Position numbers and translations under genes: made by a program | Virus record (IMG/VR): IMGVR_UViG_3300046703_000080 | Location: 1 to 61,421 of that record | Direction: 5' to 3' (one strand) | Origin: a virus | Taxonomy: Duplodnaviria > Caudoviricetes | DNA length: 61,421 bases | Part shown: positions 53,889 through 61,421 of the stretch, piece by piece | Layout of the letters: each line of letters begins with the position of its first letter | How positions within the stretch are numbered: position 1 is the stretch's first letter | Notes under the pieces: model-generated | What the model was told of the DNA's origin: nothing | Seen by the model: the letters and a program-made list of their open reading frames with translations, nothing else | Database searches by the model: none

Positions 53889-56800
53889 ATGCCTGACATC
53901 CAGTCCATCCTCGATCCCCTTCCCGTTGATAAGGCGGTGAAGGCTCAGGTATGGGATGATTTTCACGGATCGGCTTCGCCCGAGGATTTCCAGTCTCGGT
54001 TCGACAGGCTGAACCTCCCGAAAGAGGTCAAAGCCCAGTTGTGGGACATGAAATTCTCACAGAACGCGCCCAGGGCTGCCAGGATCCCGGGCATGGAACG
54101 CCTCGGAGAACTACCGCCTCTCCCTGGAATCCCCCTTCCTGAAGAGGACACGGTCAGCAAAATTGCAAATATGACAGTGTTTGCGCCTGAACGCGGCGTG
54201 CAACAGGCCGTCGCAGGGGTTAAGCGTCTGGGTAAAAAAGGCGAACGGATGGCCGGCGCGAATGACATCATTGAGGGTGGCTTCGCTGCCTTGACACCCG
54301 CCGTGCTTGCTGCCCTCGCGGTCCACCCGCTGACTACCGGCCTTGCGCTTGGCACAGCGATGGCGATGCAGACTGGAGCCGAAAAGGGGGCCGAAGTAGT
54401 CGGCGCAAGTCCGGAAGCCGCGCGACTCACGGGGAATATCGCCGCGCTTGGAAGTGGGACTGCGGTAGCTTTGGGCCCAAGATGGGTCAGAGCACGCCGA
54501 CTTGGGCAGATCGGCGAAGTGTTGGGACGAGCCGAACCTAGATTGACCACCAGTCCGCAGGCCCGTATCGCCACTGAGGCACTCACGCAAGCGGCGCGTG
54601 GTGTTGAGGGTGGCGTATCAGAAACCGGAGCCCTCGGAGCCGCAGCGAGCGAACCCGCCCGCAAGGGTCTCGCCAAGACCGCTAAGGAATCGGCGATGGT
54701 CTTCCGCGACCAGTACCCGCCGTCGAAGTCAGCGCAGGAGAGCGCCCGGGTCTTCCAGGAACAGTTGCCGCCTGTGCCGGAAGTGCCGAAAGTGGAACCC
54801 CCCTTGCAGCCTCCGCCGGCCGGTGATACACTTCCGAAGCAGGAGCCACCCAATGTCGCAGGAGGAGCGGGACCAGGACGGCCGGACGGCGAAGGAGCGG
54901 GAGGAGTTCTACCGAAACTACCGGAACCTCGTCAACCAAGCGGTCCAGTCCGGCGCGGTAAAGAGACGTACATCAGCGTCCCAGAAACCAACGAAGTCCA
55001 GCGCGCCCACTACGAACTCCGCGAACTCGACGACGTAGTACCCTCACACGAGGGCATCACTTTCCGGCCAAACCCGGGTTACTGGTATAAGAATGAGAGA
55101 AACTACGGTAGTCCCGAGTACCAGGCAATCACCATCAAGCGGGCCCAAGAGTTCGACCCTGCGAAGGTTGTAAACGACAGCCCAAATCCCACCAGCGGAC
55201 CCACGATCATAGACCCAAACGGGAACTCCCTCTCGGGCACCAACCGCATTCAGATCCTCCAACGAATTTATGCCTTACACCCAGACCACGTAGAGGCGTA
55301 CAAAGCAAAATTGGCCTCAGACCTGCCGCACTACGGAATCGACCCCGCAGAGTTGGCGAACTTCAAGAAACCTGGTCTTTTTCGTGTTCTGGATGAGGAC
55401 TTTGACCCGGTAAAGGTCATCCGAGATTACAACAAAGACGAGGCATCTGCCCTTCTAGCCAATGAACGGGCAATGGCTGATAGCCAGCGAATCAGTTCCG
55501 GCACGCTTGAAGAAATGGCACGTCGGATGGAAGACCTGCCCGAAGGTGCGGGAATTGTTCGCGCACTGGAAGGCGAAGATGGCATCAGCTTCCTCAACCG
55601 TCTGATCGACGACGGGGTGCTCACTCGCGGGGAAGCCAACGGTCTCATAGAGAAGAAGCACGATGGTTCTGTTTTGAACAGCGTCGGCAAAGATCGCGTC
55701 ATCAAATTGCTCATTACCAGGATGTACCGTGGCACCGATCAGATGGAACGGACGCCTGCCACAATCCAGGGAAAGCTGGAACGCGCACTTCCCGGCATCG
55801 CCAAGATGGAAGGTACGGAAGGTTGGGACCTGCGGCCGATCATCCACAACGCCCTGGATGTGCTGGAAGAGGCGCGCGCCCGCGGTGCGAAGAACCTCGA
55901 CGACCTTGAGCAGCAGCAAGCCATGTTCGGCGCCGAAGTGCAAGCGCAGCCAGTCATGCTGGCGAAGGCGCTCCGCGACTGGGCCCCGACCCAAGTTCAG
56001 GACGCGGTGGCGAAGTACGTCAAGGAATCCGAGTTCAAAGGCGGATCGGTATTCGGCCAAGTCAGCCAAACAGACGCCTTCAAAGCGGCGTTCGAGCAGG
56101 AACCCCCGAAGAGAATCAAGAAGAAACTGCCGAAGGAAGAGGGGCCGCTGATCTTCGGCGGCGGCCGTGGTCCATCCGAGAAGGGTTCTTTCAGCCTCAC
56201 CCCCCTCGAGCCAAGCAATCCTCGCGGGGAAGAAACCTGGCTGGACCGCTACAAGAACTTCCGCGAAATGCGGATCTCCCCGCCTGAGCAGGAGAAACTC
56301 AAGACGGCCGTGCTCGACGTCGAGGCGCAGCGCGGCGCGGAAATCAACCGGCCCGTGCCCTGGTCCGAGGTCCTGGAGGCCGCCAAGGACATCGACCCTA
56401 CGCTGGTCAAGGAGGTCCAGTGGCAGGCTTCGATGGGAGCGCAGACGCAGGGCGCGCGCTACGCGATCGAGCAGCGGATCAACAGTCTGAACCGGGAAGT
56501 CCTCGAGCTTGACGACCAGATTCGGCGCGCCGATGAACTTGGACTCACCGAGCAACAGAAACTCGACCTGGACCGGCAGGCGCGCGAGAAGGAAACCGAC
56601 TACCGGGAGTACATCGGGCAGTGGGCGGGGATCTCGAGCATGGACGGTCGCAACCTCGCCATGCACCGGATGATGACCAACTCCACCTGGAGCGTGCCGG
56701 AGTGGCTGACAAAGGCCCGGCGCGCGGCTGCCCTGCCCCCTGGCGTGGACTTGCCGGAAGCGCAGGCCCTTCCTATCCGCAAGATCATCGCGGAGGGCCA

Positions 56801-58946
56801 GAAGGCTCAGGAAGTGGTCGACGCGGCCATCCCGCCAGAGGTGAAGGCCACCGAGGCTACAGCGAAGGCCATCCTCGAGTCTGCTGGGAAGAAGGTCGCC
56901 CAGACCCAGGAAGCCGCGGCGAAGGCCAGCGCCATCAAGGAACAGACCGAAGCCGCCCGGCAGCAGAAGATCGAAGCGCAGCGGGCTCTCACTCAGGCCC
57001 GCAAAGAATACTACTCCGCCAAGGAGAGTTATCAGCGCGTCGTGGCGCAACGTGAGGAGCTACTGGCGAAAAACCCCCAGGTCAAGGCGGCCACCGAGCA
57101 ACTACGTGTCTCCAAGTTGAAGCTGGCGAAGGAAGTGGCGAACCTTCAGCGAACCGGTTGGTGGGAGATGATGAGTTCGGTGTGGCGAGCTGGCCTGTTG
57201 ACCGGGCCCAAGACCCACGCCAGAAACATCCTCGGAAACTTCGCCTTCCAGGGAGCTGAGGAACTCGCCCGGGTGCCGGCGTCCATGCTCGACATCGTTC
57301 TCTCCGGCATATCAGGAAGGCGTGAAACGGCGGGCAGCAGCCTGCGAGCCATCACGCGCGCTAGTGCGGATGCTGCCACAAAGGGCGTGCGTGAGGCGGC
57401 GGAGATCATGCAGCACGGCGCGACCCTGGACGACCTGGCGAAGGTCGAGAGGGTGGCTGAGATGAACTTCCAGGGCCTCGGCAAGTACAGTAAGATCCTC
57501 AACACTTACGTCAACACAGTCTTCCGAACGATGTCGGCAGAGGACAAGGTTGCGAAGGTATTCGGCGCCCGTCGATCACTGGAGGCGCAGGCGAAGGTCA
57601 TCGCCATGAATGAGGCGCGGCAGGGCGCCCTTTCACGGCAGGACGTTCTGAAACGCGCTACGTGGCTGGCCGAACACCCGACTGAACCGATGGCAGCACA
57701 GGCCATCGCGGATGCCGCCTTCACCACCTTCAACAACCGGAACATACTGGCGTCGGCTCTATCCAGGTTTCAAAGCGCACTCCCCGCGCCCGGAAGGTTT
57801 GTCATGAACCTGGCTTTCCCGTTCGTGCGGACCCCTACCAATATCGCTATGCGGCTCTTCAATTACACGCCGATGGGGCCGGCTTACACGATCCCGAAGG
57901 CTCTGATCCAAGCGAGAAGGGCATCCGGAAAGTTTCTGACGCCGGGATCACAGAAGGTCGTCTCTGAAGCCTTCGGCCGCGGGGCCACCGGGGCGGCGAT
58001 CATCTATCTGGGCTACAAGTTGGCAGAGGAAGCCATGGCGACCGGCACAGGGCAGATCCCTGCTGGGCAACGGAACGTGCAGGAAGCCGCCGGCCGACCG
58101 ACCGGAGGCGTGCGAATTGGTTCACACTGGTATCAATTCCTGGGGTTCGCTCCAATTGGGAACCTCATCACGGTAGGTGCCAGCCTATACCGCGAGCGCA
58201 CCGGGAAACTTTCCGATGAGGCGCGCCGACCGGCCAGGATCGCAGCCATCGCCACCCGCAGTGTGCTGGACCAACCGCTTATGACTGGGATGCAGTCGAT
58301 CATCGACGCCCTGGAGAATCCCGAGGCTCGGGCAACGAGGCTGGCTGAGGGTTACGCTGGCAGTGTGGTGCCGACCCTGGTGTCAGACGCCGCGACCTTA
58401 ATTGATCCGCGTCGACGCCAGGTTGAGGGACCGGTTGCGGCGGTGGCGAATCGCCTTCCTTTTCTCAGATCGACACTTCCCGAGCGCACAGACGTCATGG
58501 GTCGCCCGCTGGAAGCGAACCGCTCGGCCGCCTTCAATCCGTTCCTCCCGCGGCGAGCTCAGGAACTCTCCGACCCGCTGGTAGGCGAACTGGTCCGGAG
58601 CGACGTCCGTATCGGCGATCCGAACCGCCGGCCCGGGGAACCTCCAGCCGAGTACCAGGCTCGCCGCAACTTCGTCGGCAAGCTGATCGAGATGGAGTTG
58701 CGGCAGACCGTGGACTCCACCGACTACTGGGCGGGCAATCCGGATGAGAAGAAGGAGTTGCTCAATTCGGCGGTCCGGCGGGCGCGGGCGAACATGGCGG
58801 CGTACACCACTCAGGACGACGACTACCAGGGCGAATCGGTCCCTCAGCGCGTCCAGCGCCTGAAGCAGTACATGGAAGTGCTCGAAGGAGACCTCCAACC
58901 CCTGCGCGGCGGAAGTCAGATTCCACCTGTTCCAGGAGTTCAGTAA
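53889..58946 (+). CDS. large internal virion/polyvalent protein with ddrB-like ParB domain
   Basis: 1685 aa; YELRELDDVVPSH...NP.Y...ERNY...SGP.I...G..LSG.NR; C-terminal LLTGPKTH.RN..GN, FPFVRTP.NI. Confidence 0.78.
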   Translation: MPDIQSILDPLPVDKAVKAQVWDDFHGSASPEDFQSRFDRLNLPKEVKAQLWDMKFSQNAPRAARIPGMERLGELPPLPGIPLPEEDTVSKIANMTVFAPERGVQQAVAGVKRLGKKGERMAGANDIIEGGFAALTPAVLAALAVHPLTTGLALGTAMAMQTGAEKGAEVVGASPEAARLTGNIAALGSGTAVALGPRWVRARRLGQIGEVLGRAEPRLTTSPQARIATEALTQAARGVEGGVSETGALGAAASEPARKGLAKTAKESAMVFRDQYPPSKSAQESARVFQEQLPPVPEVPKVEPPLQPPPAGDTLPKQEPPNVAGGAGPGRPDGEGAGGVLPKLPEPRQPSGPVRRGKETYISVPETNEVQRAHYELRELDDVVPSHEGITFRPNPGYWYKNERNYGSPEYQAITIKRAQEFDPAKVVNDSPNPTSGPTIIDPNGNSLSGTNRIQILQRIYALHPDHVEAYKAKLASDLPHYGIDPAELANFKKPGLFRVLDEDFDPVKVIRDYNKDEASALLANERAMADSQRISSGTLEEMARRMEDLPEGAGIVRALEGEDGISFLNRLIDDGVLTRGEANGLIEKKHDGSVLNSVGKDRVIKLLITRMYRGTDQMERTPATIQGKLERALPGIAKMEGTEGWDLRPIIHNALDVLEEARARGAKNLDDLEQQQAMFGAEVQAQPVMLAKALRDWAPTQVQDAVAKYVKESEFKGGSVFGQVSQTDAFKAAFEQEPPKRIKKKLPKEEGPLIFGGGRGPSEKGSFSLTPLEPSNPRGEETWLDRYKNFREMRISPPEQEKLKTAVLDVEAQRGAEINRPVPWSEVLEAAKDIDPTLVKEVQWQASMGAQTQGARYAIEQRINSLNREVLELDDQIRRADELGLTEQQKLDLDRQAREKETDYREYIGQWAGISSMDGRNLAMHRMMTNSTWSVPEWLTKARRAAALPPGVDLPEAQALPIRKIIAEGQKAQEVVDAAIPPEVKATEATAKAILESAGKKVAQTQEAAAKASAIKEQTEAARQQKIEAQRALTQARKEYYSAKESYQRVVAQREELLAKNPQVKAATEQLRVSKLKLAKEVANLQRTGWWEMMSSVWRAGLLTGPKTHARNILGNFAFQGAEELARVPASMLDIVLSGISGRRETAGSSLRAITRASADAATKGVREAAEIMQHGATLDDLAKVERVAEMNFQGLGKYSKILNTYVNTVFRTMSAEDKVAKVFGARRSLEAQAKVIAMNEARQGALSRQDVLKRATWLAEHPTEPMAAQAIADAAFTTFNNRNILASALSRFQSALPAPGRFVMNLAFPFVRTPTNIAMRLFNYTPMGPAYTIPKALIQARRASGKFLTPGSQKVVSEAFGRGATGAAIIYLGYKLAEEAMATGTGQIPAGQRNVQEAAGRPTGGVRIGSHWYQFLGFAPIGNLITVGASLYRERTGKLSDEARRPARIAAIATRSVLDQPLMTGMQSIIDALENPEARATRLAEGYAGSVVPTLVSDAATLIDPRRRQVEGPVAAVANRLPFLRSTLPERTDVMGRPLEANRSAAFNPFLPRRAQELSDPLVGELVRSDVRIGDPNRRPGEPPAEYQARRNFVGKLIEMELRQTVDSTDYWAGNPDEKKELLNSAVRRARANMAAYTTQDDDYQGESVPQRVQRLKQYMEVLEGDLQPLRGGSQIPPVPGVQ

Positions 58947-59371
58947 TGCGAAAACTGCTGTCCTTCAGGCTCTTTCTTTTTTGGGCCTGCATTGTCATCG
59001 GTGGCTTACTTCTGGGTGCCGCAGAAAAGCAAGGTCATTCTCAGGGTCAGGAGTCTTACAACTGGGATGCGATTGCGGCCTTGGCTGTCATCGGAATCGG
59101 ATTTGTCAGCGGGACATGGGCCATCGTCTCCATGGCAATTAAGACGGCGATCGTCGGTTCAGAGCGAACAATGAACGATGCCTCGGACGCACGGTTCACC
59201 CGGTTGAAAGAGGAAATGTCCCACCCGGAAACGGGCTACGTTCCCGTCCGTGTATGCAAGATCCTGCACGCGCAGTCAGCGGAAACCTTCGACCGTCTGG
59301 AAGCGGACATCAAGGAACGAGAGTCTTTCCCTGGCCATCCTTCAAAGCCAGGCGGGTCTCGTTTTCGATGA
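58946..59371 (+). CDS. two-TM membrane protein with coiled-coil tail
   Basis: two hydrophobic segments; last late gene. Confidence 0.6.
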   Translation: MRKLLSFRLFLFWACIVIGGLLLGAAEKQGHSQGQESYNWDAIAALAVIGIGFVSGTWAIVSMAIKTAIVGSERTMNDASDARFTRLKEEMSHPETGYVPVRVCKILHAQSAETFDRLEADIKERESFPGHPSKPGGSRFR

Positions 59372-59621
59372 GCTTCATGATCTGATCCACGCGGCTCGGG
59401 TCCACCTTCTCGTGGAACTCCAGGAAGGTCTCGACGGATTTTCTCTGGACGGCTCGAAGATCGTGGAGTTTCCCGAACTTCGGCGGCTTGTCCCAGACGC
59501 GGCTCTTGCACTTCGGGCAGACGTCCGGCCGCTTGGCAGAGCGCGGAATCCACGGTCCCCAGCCGCAACGCAGGCAGCGGAGGCTGGGAAGTTCAATCAT
59601 GGCTGCCTTGGGCATGCTCAT
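59310..59621 (-). CDS. Zn-ribbon protein, paralogue of 954-1178
   Basis: CLRCGWGPWIPR...PDVCPKCKSRVWDKP plus helical tail. Confidence 0.75.
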   Translation of the reverse strand: MSMPKAAMIELPSLRCLRCGWGPWIPRSAKRPDVCPKCKSRVWDKPPKFGKLHDLRAVQRKSVETFLEFHEKVDPSRVDQIMKLIENETRLALKDGQGKTLVP

Positions 59622-59983
59622 CTTGCCTTCGTGATTGCGGTGCAGGCGTCCTTGACCCCGTTCTTGAGAAACCGCGTTGCCCCTGTGAAAATGAGGTCGC
59701 CGGTCTTGTCGAACACGGCGACTTTGCTGGGGTACCTTTCCCTCACTTCAACCTGTACGGCGAAGTCAGATTTCGACTTATCAGACGTCACAGTGATATC
59801 CGGGCAGCGGTCTCTGAACATTTTCATGACCTCGACGGTGTGCGATTTGGAGCCGCCACCCGACTCGCCGATTGCCCAAGACTCGTTAGCGGCCACGAAG
59901 ACTCGGGGCTTGTCCTGTGCAGAGAGGAGGAGGGCGCCAGCGAGCCAAAGCCCTGCGAATTGGGCCCAACGGCCTGTTGTCAT
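59618..59983 (-). CDS. secreted protein
   Basis: signal peptide ...LWLAGALLLSA-QDKPRVFV; two Cys; AAGGAG RBS. Confidence 0.72.
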   Translation of the reverse strand: MTTGRWAQFAGLWLAGALLLSAQDKPRVFVAANESWAIGESGGGSKSHTVEVMKMFRDRCPDITVTSDKSKSDFAVQVEVRERYPSKVAVFDKTGDLIFTGATRFLKNGVKDACTAITKAR

Positions 59984-60032
59984 TAGAACTCCTTAACGTA
60001 ATGTGGTACCCTGCCCCCACTGCGGGTGAACA

Positions 60033-60293
60033 CTACCCAGCCTTCTTTCTTTTTGGTGCCCTGGCCGCCGCTGATAAGCGTTCCAGCATTGGCCCGACAA
60101 AGGCTTCCCCCTCATATCCCAAGACCGTATCAAGTAGCCCGTGCAGCCTCTTGTTGCCCGGCCTGTCGTCTGCGAGGAACCGCACGATGGCCTCTTTGGC
60201 GGCGGCTTGGAGATTCCCTTCGAAATCGCGTCCCGCTCTCTCCTGGAGCGCGTCGTGCTCCCCATCTTCCAACCGAACCTGTACGTGCCTCAT
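60033..60293 (-). CDS. ribbon-helix-helix regulator (repressor candidate)
   Basis: RHVQVRL strand, two helices ending EAIVRFL; GGGAGG RBS. Confidence 0.68.
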   Translation of the reverse strand: MRHVQVRLEDGEHDALQERAGRDFEGNLQAAAKEAIVRFLADDRPGNKRLHGLLDTVLGYEGEAFVGPMLERLSAAARAPKRKKAG

Positions 60294-60321
60294 TTATTTT
60301 CGGCCTCCCTTCAGTTTGTCC

Positions 60322-60350
60322 TTGACATGCATGCGTGCTTGCATTACGAT
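60322..60350 (+). promoter_or_regulatory. early rightward promoter with operator in the spacer
   Basis: TTGACA-17 bp-TACGAT; ATGCATGCGTGCTTGCAT (60327-60344) is a 14/18 palindrome. Confidence 0.8.
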
Positions 60351-60357
60351 AGTCCAC

Positions 60358-60558
60358 ATGGGATCTAAACCAGCAATACAGCAAGCAAGCAAGAAACGCA
60401 AGGGGGCCGAAGTACTGGTACGAGTAGTTTCAGTTAGGGTCCCCATCGAACTCTGGGATGCTGTCCGGCTGGAAGCTCTCAAAGGGCACACTTCCGCGCA
60501 AGAGTTGACCATTGCCGCCCTGCGGAGACTTCTCACAGCGGGAAAAGTGGTGGCGTGA
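60358..60558 (+). CDS. ribbon-helix-helix regulator (Cro-position)
   Basis: VVSVRVPIELWDAVRLEA.....SAQEL...AL..LL; leaderless ATG. Confidence 0.75.
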   Translation: MGSKPAIQQASKKRKGAEVLVRVVSVRVPIELWDAVRLEALKGHTSAQELTIAALRRLLTAGKVVA

Positions 60559-61010
60559 TGGCCTCCCGACTGGCCGGAGCAAGAGGTTGGCCGGAGTACG
60601 ACGTGTGGCTGCACATGAAGAATAGGTGCGCTAACCCTAGCCATCATGCTTATGCCTGTTACGGGGGAAGAGGAATTTCTGTGTGCGAACGGTGGCGCAA
60701 ATCGTATTTCGACTTCATCTCCGACATGGGTCGCAGGCCTACCCCGAAACACACGGTTGAACGTGAAAACAACAACGGGAACTATGAACCTGGGAATTGC
60801 CGGTGGGCCACTTATCAGGAACAAGCCAACAACAGACGAAATAACCGAATTTTAGTGTTTCAGGGAACGTCTCAAACGCTTACCCAGTGGGGCCGCCAAT
60901 TCAAACTAAGGCCGAGCACGATCTGGAGTCGGATTAAGTACTTGCGTTGGCCTGTTGAGCGAGCCCTCACGCAGTCCGCCCGTCCGTTGAAGAAAGGTGT
61001 AGCCGCATGA
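60555..61010 (+). CDS. HNH-type homing endonuclease
   Basis: W..MK.RC.NP....Y..YGGRGI.VCERW...F..DMG.RP....TVER.NNNGNYEPGNCRWAT..EQANNRR. Confidence 0.88.
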   Translation: MMASRLAGARGWPEYDVWLHMKNRCANPSHHAYACYGGRGISVCERWRKSYFDFISDMGRRPTPKHTVERENNNGNYEPGNCRWATYQEQANNRRNNRILVFQGTSQTLTQWGRQFKLRPSTIWSRIKYLRWPVERALTQSARPLKKGVAA

Positions 61011-61421
61011 AAACAATCATCGTCAACACTCAGGCAGAATTAAACGCGGCGCTCAGCCAACCCGACGCACAGATCAAGATAGCGGCAACAGCGGGCCGCC
61101 TTGTGGCCACGGTACTGGCTGGTGCTCCATGGATTGAGGTTTCGACCGGAATTGAATTGCACGTCGAGGCCTGGGAATCGTCACAGCCGCACGTCGAGGC
61201 CTGGGAATCGTCACAGCCGCACGTCGAGGCCAGGGAATCGTCACAGCCGCACGTCGAGGCCAGGGAATCGTCACAGCCGCACGTCGTGGCCAGGGGATCG
61301 TCACAGCCGCACGTCGAGGCCAGGGGATCGTCACAGCCGCACGTCGAGGCCTGGGAATCGTCACAGCCGCACGTCGAGGCCTGGGGATCGTCACAGCCGC
61401 ACGTCGAGGCCAGGGCATCGT
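61007..61421 (+). CDS. 5' part of decapeptide-repeat protein (continues at position 2)
   Basis: ATGA overlap, AAAGGT RBS; MKTIIVNTQAELNAAL...HVEAWESSQPHVE... open to window end. Confidence 0.85.
   Translation, partial: MKTIIVNTQAELNAALSQPDAQIKIAATAGRLVATVLAGAPWIEVSTGIELHVEAWESSQPHVEAWESSQPHVEARESSQPHVEARESSQPHVVARGSSQPHVEARGSSQPHVEAWESSQPHVEAWGSSQPHVEARAS
61159..61421 (+). repeat. 30-bp tandem repeat, 8 full units plus partials
   Basis: same unit as 1-330. Confidence 0.98.

Noticed and set aside
55455-57050. 531-aa minus-strand ORF, and similar ones at 3542-4501, 30140-31075, 31979-33139 and 52772-53908
   Set aside because: Shadow frames opposite well-supported genes
53889-58946. Tape-measure protein or virion RNA polymerase
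   Set aside because: No tail tube or assembly chaperone genes and no polymerase catalytic motifs recognised; context is podovirus-like ejection proteins
59917-60357. N-terminal extension of the rightward RHH ORF (213 aa)
   Set aside because: Overlaps the divergent gene and lies upstream of the promoter; real start is 60358
61159-61421. Diversity-generating retroelement (variation at A positions)
   Set aside because: No reverse transcriptase or separate template/variable repeat pair; the same few alleles recur, which fits tandem-repeat shuffling

Overview
The window reads as an apparently complete, circularly permuted ~61.4-kb GC-rich temperate tailed phage genome in its excised form. Both ends lie inside one 30-bp tandem array within a single gene (61007 through the end, then on to 820), and an intact attP (3' half of a tRNA-Cys) lies at 15531-15579. 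Layout: (i) a divergent switch at ~60.0-60.6 kb built from two ribbon-helix-helix genes rather than CI/Cro; (ii) a rightward early/middle operon with HNH, a repeat protein, a YqaJ recombination module, a six-enzyme glycosyltransferase/methyltransferase/radical-SAM cluster, RusA, a replication initiator, xis-int, HNH and attP; (iii) a leftward operon of small genes ending in a truncated DUF3560 gene; (iv) a 1.15-kb non-coding control region; (v) a rightward late region with lysis genes, terminase, portal, scaffold, capsid, podovirus-like adaptor/nozzle, several adhesin/fibre genes and three ejection-type proteins. No tape measure, sheath, DNA polymerase or reverse transcriptase was recognised. 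The most unusual signals are fibre/adhesin genes in the virion module carrying Sec signal peptides and paired cysteines, the glycan-modification cluster, the RHH-RHH switch flanked by paralogous Zn-ribbon genes, a C-terminal motif shared by two adhesins, and three deletion scars. A diderm host, possibly Acidobacteriota, is inferred, not shown. All family assignments come from motif recognition by eye; no database search was run.
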